Below, one piece after another: positions 10,577-20,995 of a DNA stretch of 64,000 nucleotides (the first letter of the stretch is position 1; each line of letters opens with the position of its first letter). The translations under genes were made by a program, and so were the position numbers. Source of the stretch: an uncultured Acidobacteriota bacterium (GTDB lineage Bacteria > Acidobacteriota > Thermoanaerobaculia > UBA5066 > Gp7-AA6). Where the stretch lies: contig CAWAKL010000005.1 in NCBI GenBank assembly GCA_963782585.1, positions 26,614 through 90,613 on the forward strand, given 5' to 3'. Under the pieces are notes generated by a model. That model searched no databases. It was not told the DNA's origin and saw only the letters and a program-made list of their open reading frames with translations.

Positions 10577-11260
10577 TTCGGCTTCGCCCACTACGTCGAG
10601 TGGGCGCTGGACGTGCCGATGTTCTTCGTGGTGCGCGACGGCCACTACCACCCGGTGGGCGGCATGACCTTCCGCCGCTTCCTGGAGGAGGGCTGGCAGG
10701 GCCAGCGGGCCACCATGCGCGACTGGGAGATGCACCTGTCGACGCTGTTTCCCGAGGTGCGCCTCAAGCGCTACATCGAGGTGCGCGGCGCCGACTCGGC
10801 GCCGCTGCCGTTCGCCCAGGCGCTGGCGGCGCTGTGGCGCGGGCCTGCTCGACGATCCGCGAGGCGCGCGAGGCGGCCTGGGCGCTGGTGGCCGGCTGGC
10901 CCTACGTCGAGCGGCTGCGCCTGCGGCGCGAGGTGCCCGCCGCGGGCCTGGCCGTGCGCGGTCGGCGGCCGGCCGCCTGGCCGAGCTGGCGGTCGAGCTG
11001 GTGCGCATCGCCCACGGCCGGCCTGGGCCGCCTGCCCGAGGGCCAGGGCGATCAGCCCGCTGCTCGAGCCGCTGCTGGCCTACGCCCAGGCCGGCCGCTG
11101 CCCCGCCGACGACATGCTGGACGACTACGCCGCCGCCACGGCGATCCGCAAGCTCGTCGCCGCCTGGGAGTTCCGAGCGGAAGCTGCAGTCCGTCGACAG
11201 TCACGTGGGATCGTTCCGGATCCGGAGCTGGCAGCTGTCGACTGTGAACTGACGCTGTAG
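10577..11260 (+). CDS. gshA: Glutamate--cysteine ligase (group 3/plant-proteobacterial type), C-terminal part only
   Basis: [45 protein letters not shown]. The 3' end is uncertain because of frameshifts. Confidence 0.8.
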   Translation, partial: FGFAHYVEWALDVPMFFVVRDGHYHPVGGMTFRRFLEEGWQGQRATMRDWEMHLSTLFPEVRLKRYIEVRGADSAPLPFAQALAALWRGPARRSARRARRPGRWWPAGPTSSGCACGARCPPRAWPCAVGGRPPGRAGGRAGAHRPRPAWAACPRARAISPLLEPLLAYAQAGRCPADDMLDDYAAATAIRKLVAAWEFRAEAAVRRQSRGIVPDPELAAVDCELTL

Positions 11261-11263
11261 CTC

Positions 11264-11338
11264 TGGAGGTGCCGCCCGGATTTGAACCGGGGTATGAGGG
11301 TTTTGCAGACCCTTGCCTTACCACTTGGCCACGGCACC
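11264..11338 (-). tRNA. tRNA-Cys (GCA)
   Basis: GGTGCCG acceptor/CGGCACC-T-CCA, D-arm GCC-AAGTGGTAA-GGC, anticodon arm AGGGT-CTGCAAA-ACCCT, T-arm CCCGG-TTCAAAT-CCGGG. Confidence 0.98.
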
Positions 11339-11393
11339 GCGATTTCGGAGCGGCCTTGGTGTACCACAACTCGCGGCCGCGAGCCCGGACGCG

Positions 11394-12940
11394 TCAGATC
11401 GTCTCGGCGTCGCTGTGACGTCTCCGCGCGCGGCGAGGTGGGGGCGCCGGTGCGCAGGTAGCGGGAGGCCATGTCGAACTCGAGGAACTCGAACATCCTG
11501 GTCTCGAGGACCTTGTTCCACAGGGCGTGGGCGTCGTCGCTGCGGCCGTCGGCCAGCCGGCGCATGGCTTCGTAGAAGTACAGCTCGGCGCGCTTGCCCG
11601 GCGGTGTCGGCCAGCGGCAGCGAGCTGCTCGTAGGTGATGCGCCCCAGCGCGTAGCGGGCGAGCGGCACGTACCAGGCCACCACCCGCTGCGGGCGCAGG
11701 TGCAGCGGCGGGCGGCCAGCGTGCGCAGGAAGGCCTCGGCGGCTGGGCTCGGGCGTCTTGCTGCCGCGGCGGGTGAGGTCCACGATCCACAGCGACGCGT
11801 AGACCTTCACGTACTCGGAGACGGTGCGGCTGGGCTGGGACAGCGCCCGCCGGTAGATGTCCAGCGCGGCGTCGCTCTCGCCGCGCTGGACCAGGAACGA
11901 CAGGGCGTCGATGTAGCTCTGGTCGCGGGCCTCGTTCTGCTCGATGGCCTCGATGAACTTCTGGACGCCGTCGGCGCGGCGGCCCAGCAGGTAGTTCAGG
12001 CGCCCCACCTCCATGGTGGCCTCGGCCGCGGCGCCGAGGTTCTTGCGGCGCAGGTGCTCGACCATCAGGCGCTCCCAGCCGCGCAGCGGCCAGCGGCCAG
12101 GCCTGGCGCGCGTCGTCCATGCGGCCGGCCACCTCGTGGGCGTTGCCCAGCGCGTAGGCCAGCTTGGACTGGGTCTCGACGAAGGGGATGGTCTCCTCGG
12201 CGCGGCGCGTTGCGCTCGTGGTGCTCGAGGGCCTCGCGCAGGATCTCGGCGGCGCGGCGCGGCGTCGCCGCGCTTGCTCGACCAGCTTGCCGATCTGCAG
12301 GGTCAGCTCGACGCGTCCTCGGCCTGCGCGGCGGCCCGCACCAGCAGCGGCTCGGCCCGCTCGATCAGGCCGGCGTTCAGAAGCCGCGCGCCAGCTCGAA
12401 GTCGATGTCGGCGTCCCTGATCTTGAAGCGGCTCTCGCCGAAGCGCGCCGGCTCTCGGCGAACCGCTGGCGCAGGACCTCGGCCTCGCGGGCGGCCGGCT
12501 CGATGCGGTCGGGATCGATGTGCACGCGCAGGCGCGAGAACGACCGCTCCAGCAGCTCGGCCGCCAGCTCGCCCTGCCCGTCGGGGCTGGCCTTGCGCTC
12601 TCCAGCAGCGGCTGCGCCTCTTCGAGGTAGCGCAGCGACAGGAACGGTCGCGGGCAGGAAGCGCGCCACCCGCGACGCCAGCACCCGCATGTTGGTGTCG
12701 TTGGGGTAGCGTCTCGAGGCCGCGGCGCAGCACCTCGGCGGCGGCCGGCGGATCGAGGCGGTCGTTGGAGGTGCCGCCCAGCAGCTCGATGCGGGGCAGG
12801 AACCGGCGGGCCAGCGCCAGGAAGTCGGCGGCGGCCGCCTTGGCTCGCGCGGCGGCGGCCACCAGCTGGCGCAGCTCGGGATCGTCGCCCGGCTTGCCGG
12901 CCAGGCGCGCGATCACATCAGCACAGCCCCAGCCCCACAG
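11394..12940 (-). CDS. Large alpha-helical/TPR-like hypothetical protein, heavily frameshifted, 5' truncated
   Basis: Pieces in ORFs 12377..12946, 11125..12690 and 11394..12065 (EVGRLNYLLGRRADGVQKFIEAI; ELYFYEAMRRLADGRSDDAHALWNKV). Confidence 0.55.
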
Positions 12941-12941
12941 C

Positions 12942-13007
12942 AGCAATTCACCGCGACAACGTTTTCGGCACTTTTTTGTGGTTTTTTATGGCTCGTTACG
13001 TATTGCT
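12942..13007. other. Internal Oxford Nanopore ligation-adapter remnant (technical sequence)
   Basis: T-rich run plus GTTACGTATTGCT (12995-13007), identical to the 3' end of the ONT adapter (...TTCGTTCAGTTACGTATTGCT). AGCAAT at 12942 matches the start of the adapter reverse complement. Genes on both sides are broken. Confidence 0.85.
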
Positions 13008-13566
13008 AGCCGCCGGCCGCCTCGAAGTCGGAGCGCCGGACGAGAAGCGCCGCGCCCTTGACCGCCTCCACGACTCGAGGTCTCCCGTGGTCCGCGCGCA
13101 TCGCGGAGTGGCCGGCGAAGGGCGCTCGGCCGCCCGTGAGAAACGCCAGGCCGGAGCTCTCGCAGAAGATCCGCCAGGGCGAGGGCAGCCGCTGGATCGA
13201 CGGCTGCAACGAACCGTCGGGGTTGAGGAGTCGCGGAGCCGCGGCCGCGGCCCCGGGAGACGCCTCGAGGGCCGAAACGAGGGCGTCGACGGCGCCGGGC
13301 CGCACGTACGCGTCGGAATTGAGAAACAGCAAAAGGGGCCGATCGGTCTCGCGGGCGCCCCGGTTGCAGGCCGCGCCGAACCCCCGGTTCGAGGCCTCGG
13401 AGACGACACGGACGGGCGGCGCTTCGCTCGCGAGGCGGGCCGCAATCCCGTCGCCGGACGCGTTGTCCACGACGAGGATCTCGGTCCCCGGCGAGGTCTC
13501 GGCGACCGCGCGCGCCGCGCGCGCGGTCTCGCTCGGAGTGCGGTAATGAACGATGACCGCCGACAC
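13008..13566 (-). CDS. Glycosyltransferase family 2 (rhamnosyltransferase-like), 3' truncated at the adapter
   Basis: [46 protein letters not shown]. Ends abruptly at FEAAGG, where homologues normally continue. Confidence 0.85.
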
Positions 13567-13654
13567 GCGGTGGCCCGAAGGGCTGCCCACTGCCGCCAGT
13601 ATAAGAAACACCGGGACAGCCGGGCCGCGCCGTCGTGAAAGGATCACGGACGCC

Positions 13655-14560
13655 ATGAACCTCGAACAGATCGTCAAGACGGCCCGCAAGCTCTCGCGCC
13701 CTTTCTGCATTGAGGACGGAAGGAAATTCCGGCTCTCGAAGGTCGACCCGGAGGACACGCTCTGGATGACCGACAAGGACAAGCCGCAGGCGCGCGAAGC
13801 CCTCGAGACGGGTGTCGCCGCCCTCGATGAGCTCCAGGAGATGCTCTACGCGCAGGATCGGTGGGCGGTGCTCCTGATCTTCCAGGCCATGGACGCGGCC
13901 GGGAAGGACGGCGTCATCGAGCACGTCATGTCGGGCGTGAACCCGCAGGGTTGCCAGGTGGAGTCATTCAAGGCGCCGTCGGAGGAGGAGCTCGACCACG
14001 ACTTCCTGTGGCGCTGCGCCAGGGACCTGCCCGAGCGCGGGCGCATCGGCGTTTTCAATCGGTCGTACTACGAGGAGGTCCTGGTCGTGCGCGTACACCC
14101 GGAGATCCTCGCGAAGCAGAAGCTCCCGGCCTCGCTCGTCACGAAAGACATCTGGAAGCAGCGCTTCAAGGACATCCGTGGCTTCGAGCGCCATCTCGGC
14201 CACAACGGCGTCGCCATCCGCAAGTTCTTCCTGCACGTTTCGAAGGCGGAGCAGAAGCGGCGTTTCCTCGCGCGCCTCGACGAGCCCGAGAAGAACTGGA
14301 AGTTCTCGGCGAGCGACGTCCGGGAGCGGGCGCACTGGAAGGCCTACATGGCGGCGTACGAAGACATGGTCCGTCACACGGCGAGCGAAGCCGCGCCGTG
14401 GTACGTCGTTCCCGCCGACAACAAGTGGTTCACGCGCATGGTGGTCGCGGCCGCCGTGATCGACGCGCTCGCCTCGCTCGACCTCCACTACCCCGTCGTG
14501 TCGGCCGAAGCCCGCAAGGAGCTCGCCGCCGCCCGGCGGGAGCTCCTCGCCGAAAAGTAG
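13655..14560 (+). CDS. ppk2: Polyphosphate kinase 2 family phosphotransferase
   Basis: [57 protein letters not shown]. Confidence 0.93.
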   Translation: MNLEQIVKTARKLSRPFCIEDGRKFRLSKVDPEDTLWMTDKDKPQAREALETGVAALDELQEMLYAQDRWAVLLIFQAMDAAGKDGVIEHVMSGVNPQGCQVESFKAPSEEELDHDFLWRCARDLPERGRIGVFNRSYYEEVLVVRVHPEILAKQKLPASLVTKDIWKQRFKDIRGFERHLGHNGVAIRKFFLHVSKAEQKRRFLARLDEPEKNWKFSASDVRERAHWKAYMAAYEDMVRHTASEAAPWYVVPADNKWFTRMVVAAAVIDALASLDLHYPVVSAEARKELAAARRELLAEK

Positions 14561-14574
14561 GCCGTCTCCGGCCC

Positions 14575-14610
14575 AAAAGAAAAGGCCCCGGCTTTCGCCG
14601 GGGCCTTTGA
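14575..14610 (-). terminator. Intrinsic terminator of groESL, probably bidirectional with ppk2
   Basis: AAAGGCCCCGGC-TTTC-GCCGGGGCCTTT stem-loop at 14581-14608, followed by TTTTCTTTT on the minus strand. Confidence 0.85.
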
Positions 14611-14629
14611 ATCGCTTCGGGAATCCGAA

Positions 14630-16270
<1,641 letters not shown>

Positions 16271-16285
16271 GTGTGCGTTCTCCTT

Positions 16286-16576
16286 TTACTTCTCGACGAC
16301 GGCGAGGACTTCGTCCTCGCGGAGGATCAGGTACTCGTCGTCGTCGATCTTGATCTCGGTGCCGGAGTACTTGCCGATGAGGATGCGGTCGCCCTTCTTG
16401 ACGTCGAGGGGGAACTGCTTGCCTTCCTCGTTCACCTTGCCCTCGCCGACGGCGACGACTTCCGCCTCCATCGGCTTCTCTTTGGCGGTGTCGGGGATGA
16501 TGATGCCGCCCCGCTTCTTCTCGCCTTCCTCGAGACGCTTGACCAGGATCCGATCGTAGAGTGGCCGAATCTTCAT
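16286..16576 (-). CDS. groES: Co-chaperonin GroES
   Basis: [38 protein letters not shown]. Confidence 0.97.
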   Translation of the reverse strand: MKIRPLYDRILVKRLEEGEKKRGGIIIPDTAKEKPMEAEVVAVGEGKVNEEGKQFPLDVKKGDRILIGKYSGTEIKIDDDEYLILREDEVLAVVEK

Positions 16577-16657
16577 GAAACTTCCTCCTGTGAAGTTGGT
16601 TTGCCTCTTTCAGGTCCCGACGCACCCGGGGAGAGCGCATCGGAACGGAGACGGATA

Positions 16658-16684
16658 TTAGCACTCGTCGAAGGTGAGTGCTAG
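16658..16684. promoter_or_regulatory. CIRCE operator (HrcA site) upstream of groES
   Basis: TTAGCACTC-N9-GAGTGCTAG, 17/18 match to the consensus TTAGCACTC-N9-GAGTGCTAA. Confidence 0.92.
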
Positions 16685-16733
16685 TAAATCCGCTGGACAG
16701 CTGCAAGGCACTGATCTAGAGTAGTTTAGACGC

Positions 16734-16919
16734 ATGGGCGAGCTTTCGAAAGCCAACGTTCTGATCACGGGGGGGCTCGGGTATGCGAGTTCCCGCGCGC
16801 CCGAGGCGCGCCGCAAATCGCAAGCGTTCCAGCTCGTCGATCATCAGACCCGGCCGTACGGGACCATCGACATTCGGTCGATCGGCAGAAGTGTTCCAGC
16901 TCGCCGACGGCTGCCATGA
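16734..16919 (+). pseudogene. Short ORF beginning with a duplicated SDR N-terminus (remnant of an epimerase 5' end)
   Basis: MGELSKANVLITGGLGY resembles MSLGAANILITGGLGF of the next gene. The stop overlaps the next ATG (ATGA at 16916-16919). Confidence 0.5.
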
Positions 16920-17896
16920 GTCTTGGCGCCGCAAACATCTTGATCACGGGGGGGCTGGGCTTCATCGGCTCCAACCTCGCCCGGCGCCTCGTCGCCGACG
17001 GCGCGACCGTCACCCTCTGCGACGCGATGATCGAGGGTTACGGAGGCAACGCCGCCAACGTCTCTGAGATTCGAGGGCGTGTCGGGATCGACACCTCCGA
17101 CGTGCGCGACGCGTCGGCCATGGAACGGCTCGTCGAGGGGCGGGACATCGTCTTCCATCTCGCGGCCCAGGTGTCTCACGTCATGTCGCTGTCGAATCCG
17201 TACCCCGACATCGACATCAACATCAAAGGCACGGCCGTCGTGCTCGAAGCCTGCCGCAAGAAGAACCCGAAAGCGGTCATCGTGCGCTCGGGCACGCGCG
17301 GGCAGTACGGCCCCGCCGTGACGCTGCCGGTGTCCGAAGAGACGCCTTCGGATCCGCGCGGCATCTACGAGATCTCCCAGCTCTCGTCGGAGATGATCTG
17401 CCGGACCTACACCCGCATCCACGGCATTCGTACTGTGCCCCTGCGTCTGACGAACGTGTACGGCCCGCGCGGGCAGATGCGCCACTCGCAGTTCGGCGTC
17501 GTCAACTGGTTCGTTCGCCTGGCGCTCGAGGAGCGGCCGATCCCGATCTTCGGGACGGGGAAGATCCTCCGGGACTTCCTCTACGTCGACGACTGCGTGG
17601 AGGCCCTCATCGCCGCCGCCCTCTCCCCCGCCGCCGTGGGCGAGATCCTCAACGTCGGACATGACCGCGCCTCCACCTTCCTCGAGGTCGCGGAGCTCCT
17701 CCGGGAGATCGTGCCCGGAACGCGGATCGAGTTCACCGAGTTCTCGCCCGAGCGCAAGGCGCAGGAGCCCGGCGATTTCGTCTCGGACATCACGAAGATC
17801 CGGCGGCTCCTCGGCTGGGAGCCGAAGACCGGCCTGCGCGAAGGCCTCGCGCGGACGGTCGACTACTACCGCGAGAGGCGCGCGGAATACTTCTGA
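16916..17896 (+). CDS. NAD-dependent epimerase/dehydratase (extended SDR), atypical active site
   Basis: TGGLGFIGS, FHLAAQ, RLTNVYGP. YEISQ occupies the YxxxK position. Confidence 0.9.
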   Translation: MSLGAANILITGGLGFIGSNLARRLVADGATVTLCDAMIEGYGGNAANVSEIRGRVGIDTSDVRDASAMERLVEGRDIVFHLAAQVSHVMSLSNPYPDIDINIKGTAVVLEACRKKNPKAVIVRSGTRGQYGPAVTLPVSEETPSDPRGIYEISQLSSEMICRTYTRIHGIRTVPLRLTNVYGPRGQMRHSQFGVVNWFVRLALEERPIPIFGTGKILRDFLYVDDCVEALIAAALSPAAVGEILNVGHDRASTFLEVAELLREIVPGTRIEFTEFSPERKAQEPGDFVSDITKIRRLLGWEPKTGLREGLARTVDYYRERRAEYF

Positions 17897-17906
17897 GGAG
17901 GGGGTC

Positions 17907-18278
17907 ATGACGGCGCAGGTGCGCAGACTCGTTCCGATGGCGCAGGTTCGGAGCGTCCCACGGTCGATCGCCTTCTACGGGCACCTCGGCTTCGAGGTAC
18001 GGGGGGATTTCGCCCCTCCCGACGCCACGGAGCCGACCTGGGCGAGCCTCGTCGCCGGCGGCGCCGAGCTCATGGTCGCGCGGGCGGACGAGGCGCCGGC
18101 CATCGCGCCCGAATCCGTACTCTTCTACCTGTACTGCGACGACGTCGCCGAGATGCGGCAGCAGCTCGTCGCGCGCGGCCTCGCCCCCGGGCCGATCCAG
18201 ACACCGTTCTACAATCCGCGCGGCGAGTTCGAGCTTCGCGATCCCGACGGCTACCTCGTCATGGTCACGCACACCTGA
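17907..18278 (+). CDS. VOC (glyoxalase/bleomycin-resistance) family protein
   Basis: SIAFYGHLGFEV, LFYLYCDDV, EFELRDPDGY. GAGGAGG RBS upstream. Confidence 0.85.
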   Translation: MTAQVRRLVPMAQVRSVPRSIAFYGHLGFEVRGDFAPPDATEPTWASLVAGGAELMVARADEAPAIAPESVLFYLYCDDVAEMRQQLVARGLAPGPIQTPFYNPRGEFELRDPDGYLVMVTHT

Positions 18279-18326
18279 AGCGCCGGGCGGCCGAGCCGCC
18301 TCGCTGCAGTAAGCTACCCGCAGTCC

Positions 18327-18887
18327 ATGATTTCGATTCACCCGACCGCACTCGTCGCCTCGCAGGCGATCGGGGACGGCACGCGCATCTGGGCCTTCGT
18401 CAACATCCTCGCCGGAGCCCGCATCGGGCGCGACTGCAACATCTGCGACCGCTGCTTCATCGAGAACGACGTCGTGCTCGGCGACCGCGTGACGGTCAAA
18501 TGCGGCGTGTCCCTCTACGACGCGCTGACGCTCGAAAACGACGTCTTCGTCGGGCCGGGTGTCGTATTCGCCAACGACCCGCGCCCGCGCAGCGGGCAGC
18601 ACCTCGAGAAGTACCCGCCGACGCGGGTCCGCGAGGGCGCGAGCCTCGGGGCCGGCGCGATTCTCCTTCCCGGGGTCACGGTCGGCCGGTTCGCGATGGT
18701 CGGGGCGGGCTCCCTCGTGACGCGCGATGTCCCGGACTTCGCCCTCGTGTACGGCTCGCCGGCCCAGGTTCACGGCAACGTCTGCCGCTGCGGCAAGACG
18801 TTCCGCTTCGAGAACGAGGACGCCTCGTGTGCCTGCGGACGGCGCTACGCGCGCGGCGCCGAGGGCGCGGTGTCCGAGGCGCCGTGA
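18327..18887 (+). CDS. Hexapeptide-repeat sugar N-acetyltransferase (WxcM/FdtC/WbpD-like)
   Basis: IHPTALV, GARIGRDCNICDRCFIENDVVLGDRVTVKCGV, FVGPGVVFAND, GASLGAGAILLPGVTVG. Cys-rich C-terminus (CRCG, CACG). Confidence 0.88.
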   Translation: MISIHPTALVASQAIGDGTRIWAFVNILAGARIGRDCNICDRCFIENDVVLGDRVTVKCGVSLYDALTLENDVFVGPGVVFANDPRPRSGQHLEKYPPTRVREGASLGAGAILLPGVTVGRFAMVGAGSLVTRDVPDFALVYGSPAQVHGNVCRCGKTFRFENEDASCACGRRYARGAEGAVSEAP

Positions 18888-20017
18888 GCGCGACGGCAGG
18901 CACGGCCCTTCGCGTCCCCTTCGGCGCCCTCGCGCTCGACTACCGGGAGAAGCGCCAGGCGATCGACGCCGCGATCGCTCGCGTCCTGGAGCGGGGATGG
19001 TTCGTCCTGGGCGAGGAAGTCGCGGCATTCGAGAGCGCCTTCGCCGCGTTCCTCGGCGTCTCCCACGTCGTCGGGTGCGCCAACGGAACCGAGGCCATCG
19101 CGCTGGCGCTCCGGGCCGTGGGCGCCGGTCCGCAGGACGAGGTCATCCTGCCCGCGAACACGTGCGGGCCGACGCTCGCCGGCGTGCGCATGGCGGGAGC
19201 CAGGGCCGTCCTCTCCGACGTCGACGCCGATACCCTGACGCTCGACGCCTCGGGCGTGGAGAAGCGCCTCACGCCCGCGACGCGCTTCGTGCTTCCCGTG
19301 CACCTCTATGGCGGCCTCGCGGACATTGCCGGCTTCGTGGCCCTGGCGGACGCGCGGACGCTCACGATCGTCGAGGACTGCGCCCAGAGCCACGGCGCTC
19401 TGTTCCACGGCCGGGCGGCAGGCAGCTTCGGCAAGGCGTCCGCATTCTCCTTTTACCCGTCGAAGAACCTCGGAGCCTACGGGGACGGCGGCGCCGTGGC
19501 GACCAACGACGCGGACACGGCCGGTCGCCTCCGGGAGCTCCGCCAGTACGGCTGGAGCCGCCGCGACTTCTCCGAGCGCGAGGGCTGGAACTCGCGTCTC
19601 GACGAGCTCCAGGCGGCCATCCTCGCCGCGAAGCTGCCCTATCTCGCGAGAGAGAACGCGCGCCGCCTCGAGATCGCGAGCCGCTACGACGCCGCCTTCG
19701 CCGCGCTGCCTCTTCGCGGACTCGCGACGCGCGCGGGCTCGGTCCCGGCGCGCCACCTCTATCCCGTCCGGGTCGAGAACCGGGACGCGCTGCGGGAGCA
19801 CCTGTCGGCACGCGGCATCGAGACGGCCGTGCACTATCCCGTGCCGCTCCACCTCCAGCCCGGGTACGCGTTTCTCGGCGGCCGCAAAGGCGACTTCCCG
19901 GTGTCCGAAAGGGCCTGCGAGACCGTCGTCTCCCTGCCGCTCTACTCCGCGCTGACGGACGCGCAGGTCGAATCCGTCATCGCCGGGGTGACCTCGTTCT
20001 TCGAAAAGACGCGATGA
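18884..20017 (+). CDS. DegT/DnrJ/EryC1/StrS sugar aminotransferase (FdtB-like)
   Basis: GWFVLGEEV, NGTEAI, VHLYG, EDCAQSHGA, FSFYPSKNLGAYGDGG, NSRLDELQAA. Confidence 0.92.
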   Translation: MSATAGTALRVPFGALALDYREKRQAIDAAIARVLERGWFVLGEEVAAFESAFAAFLGVSHVVGCANGTEAIALALRAVGAGPQDEVILPANTCGPTLAGVRMAGARAVLSDVDADTLTLDASGVEKRLTPATRFVLPVHLYGGLADIAGFVALADARTLTIVEDCAQSHGALFHGRAAGSFGKASAFSFYPSKNLGAYGDGGAVATNDADTAGRLRELRQYGWSRRDFSEREGWNSRLDELQAAILAAKLPYLARENARRLEIASRYDAAFAALPLRGLATRAGSVPARHLYPVRVENRDALREHLSARGIETAVHYPVPLHLQPGYAFLGGRKGDFPVSERACETVVSLPLYSALTDAQVESVIAGVTSFFEKTR

Positions 20018-20940
20018 CCCGCGAGCTCGTCTCGGTCGTCGTTCCGGTCTACTTCAACGCGGAGAGCCTCCCGAAGCTCGCCGAGCGCCTGCGGGCGATC
20101 GCCGGGAACGCGGACTGGGACATGGAGGTCATCCTCGTCGACGACGGCTCCGAGGACGGCTCGTGGGAGCGCATCACGGAAATCGCCCGGTCCTGGCCGC
20201 AGGCGCGCGGGGTCCGGCTGACACGCAACTTCGGCTCGCAGATGGCGATCACCGCCGGCCTCTCCGAGGCCAGAGGCGCCGCGGCCGCGGTCCTCTCCGC
20301 CGATCTGCAGGAGCCGCCCGAGCTTCTCCCGGAACTCGTCGCCGCCTGGCGGCAGGGCGCCACCGCCGTCCTCGCGGTCCGCAAGAGCCGGCCGGAAGGC
20401 TGGACCACGCGGGCCGCCGCGGGCTTCTACTACCGCACGCTCCGGCGGCTGGCGTTCGAGCAGATGCCCTCGGGCGGATTCGACTGCTTTCTCATCGGTC
20501 GGCCCGCGATCGACTTCCTCGTCGAGAGCCGCGAGATCCACACCTCGCTGCCGGGACTTCTGCTCTGGGGCGGCTTCCCGACGGCGCTCGTGCCCTACGA
20601 CCGGGCGGCGCGCGAGGACGGAGAGTCGCGCTGGACGTTCGGCAAGAAGCTCAAGTACTTCGTCGACGCCGTCGTGTCGTTCTCCTACGCTCCGCTCCGC
20701 TGGATGTCGTTCGGCGGAGCGCTTCTCGCCGCCGTCGCTTTCGCCTACGCGGTCTTCCTCGTCGTCTACAAGCTGCTCCACGGCCAGCCGATCGCGGGGT
20801 GGACCTCGCTCATGGTCGCGGTCGCGTTTTTTTCGGGCGTCCAGCTCCTCTGCGTCGGCGTCCTCGGCGAGTACCTCTGGCGGACCCTCGACGCCGCCCG
20901 GGCACGCAGGGGGTTTCTGGTGCGGGAACGGACGCGTTAG
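20014..20940 (+). CDS. GT2 polyprenyl-phosphate glycosyltransferase (GtrB/ArnC-like) with two C-terminal TM helices
   Basis: SVVVPVYFN, LVDDGSED, LTRNFGSQMAITAG, LSADLQEPP, GVLGEYLWR. Confidence 0.9.
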   Translation: MTRELVSVVVPVYFNAESLPKLAERLRAIAGNADWDMEVILVDDGSEDGSWERITEIARSWPQARGVRLTRNFGSQMAITAGLSEARGAAAAVLSADLQEPPELLPELVAAWRQGATAVLAVRKSRPEGWTTRAAAGFYYRTLRRLAFEQMPSGGFDCFLIGRPAIDFLVESREIHTSLPGLLLWGGFPTALVPYDRAAREDGESRWTFGKKLKYFVDAVVSFSYAPLRWMSFGGALLAAVAFAYAVFLVVYKLLHGQPIAGWTSLMVAVAFFSGVQLLCVGVLGEYLWRTLDAARARRGFLVRERTR

Positions 20941-20995
20941 CGTCTGCCTCCGGCAACCGGACGGGCGTACGCTCGCCTCACCAAGGAGGCCAGCC

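Noticed and set aside
10040-11260. SPFH-GshA fusion protein
   Set aside because: Both halves are truncated and meet at a frame-discordant break at 10576, which fits a chimeric join.
11181-11262. Degenerate inverted repeats (GTCGACAG, TCCGGATCCGGA) between gshA and the tRNA
   Set aside because: The arms are short and imperfect in a low-accuracy fragment, so they cannot be told apart from a terminator or from chance.
11264-11400. tRNA-Cys as an integration site, or functional linkage to gshA
   Set aside because: No integrase or duplicated tRNA 3' end is present, and adjacency to a cysteine-using enzyme has no other support.
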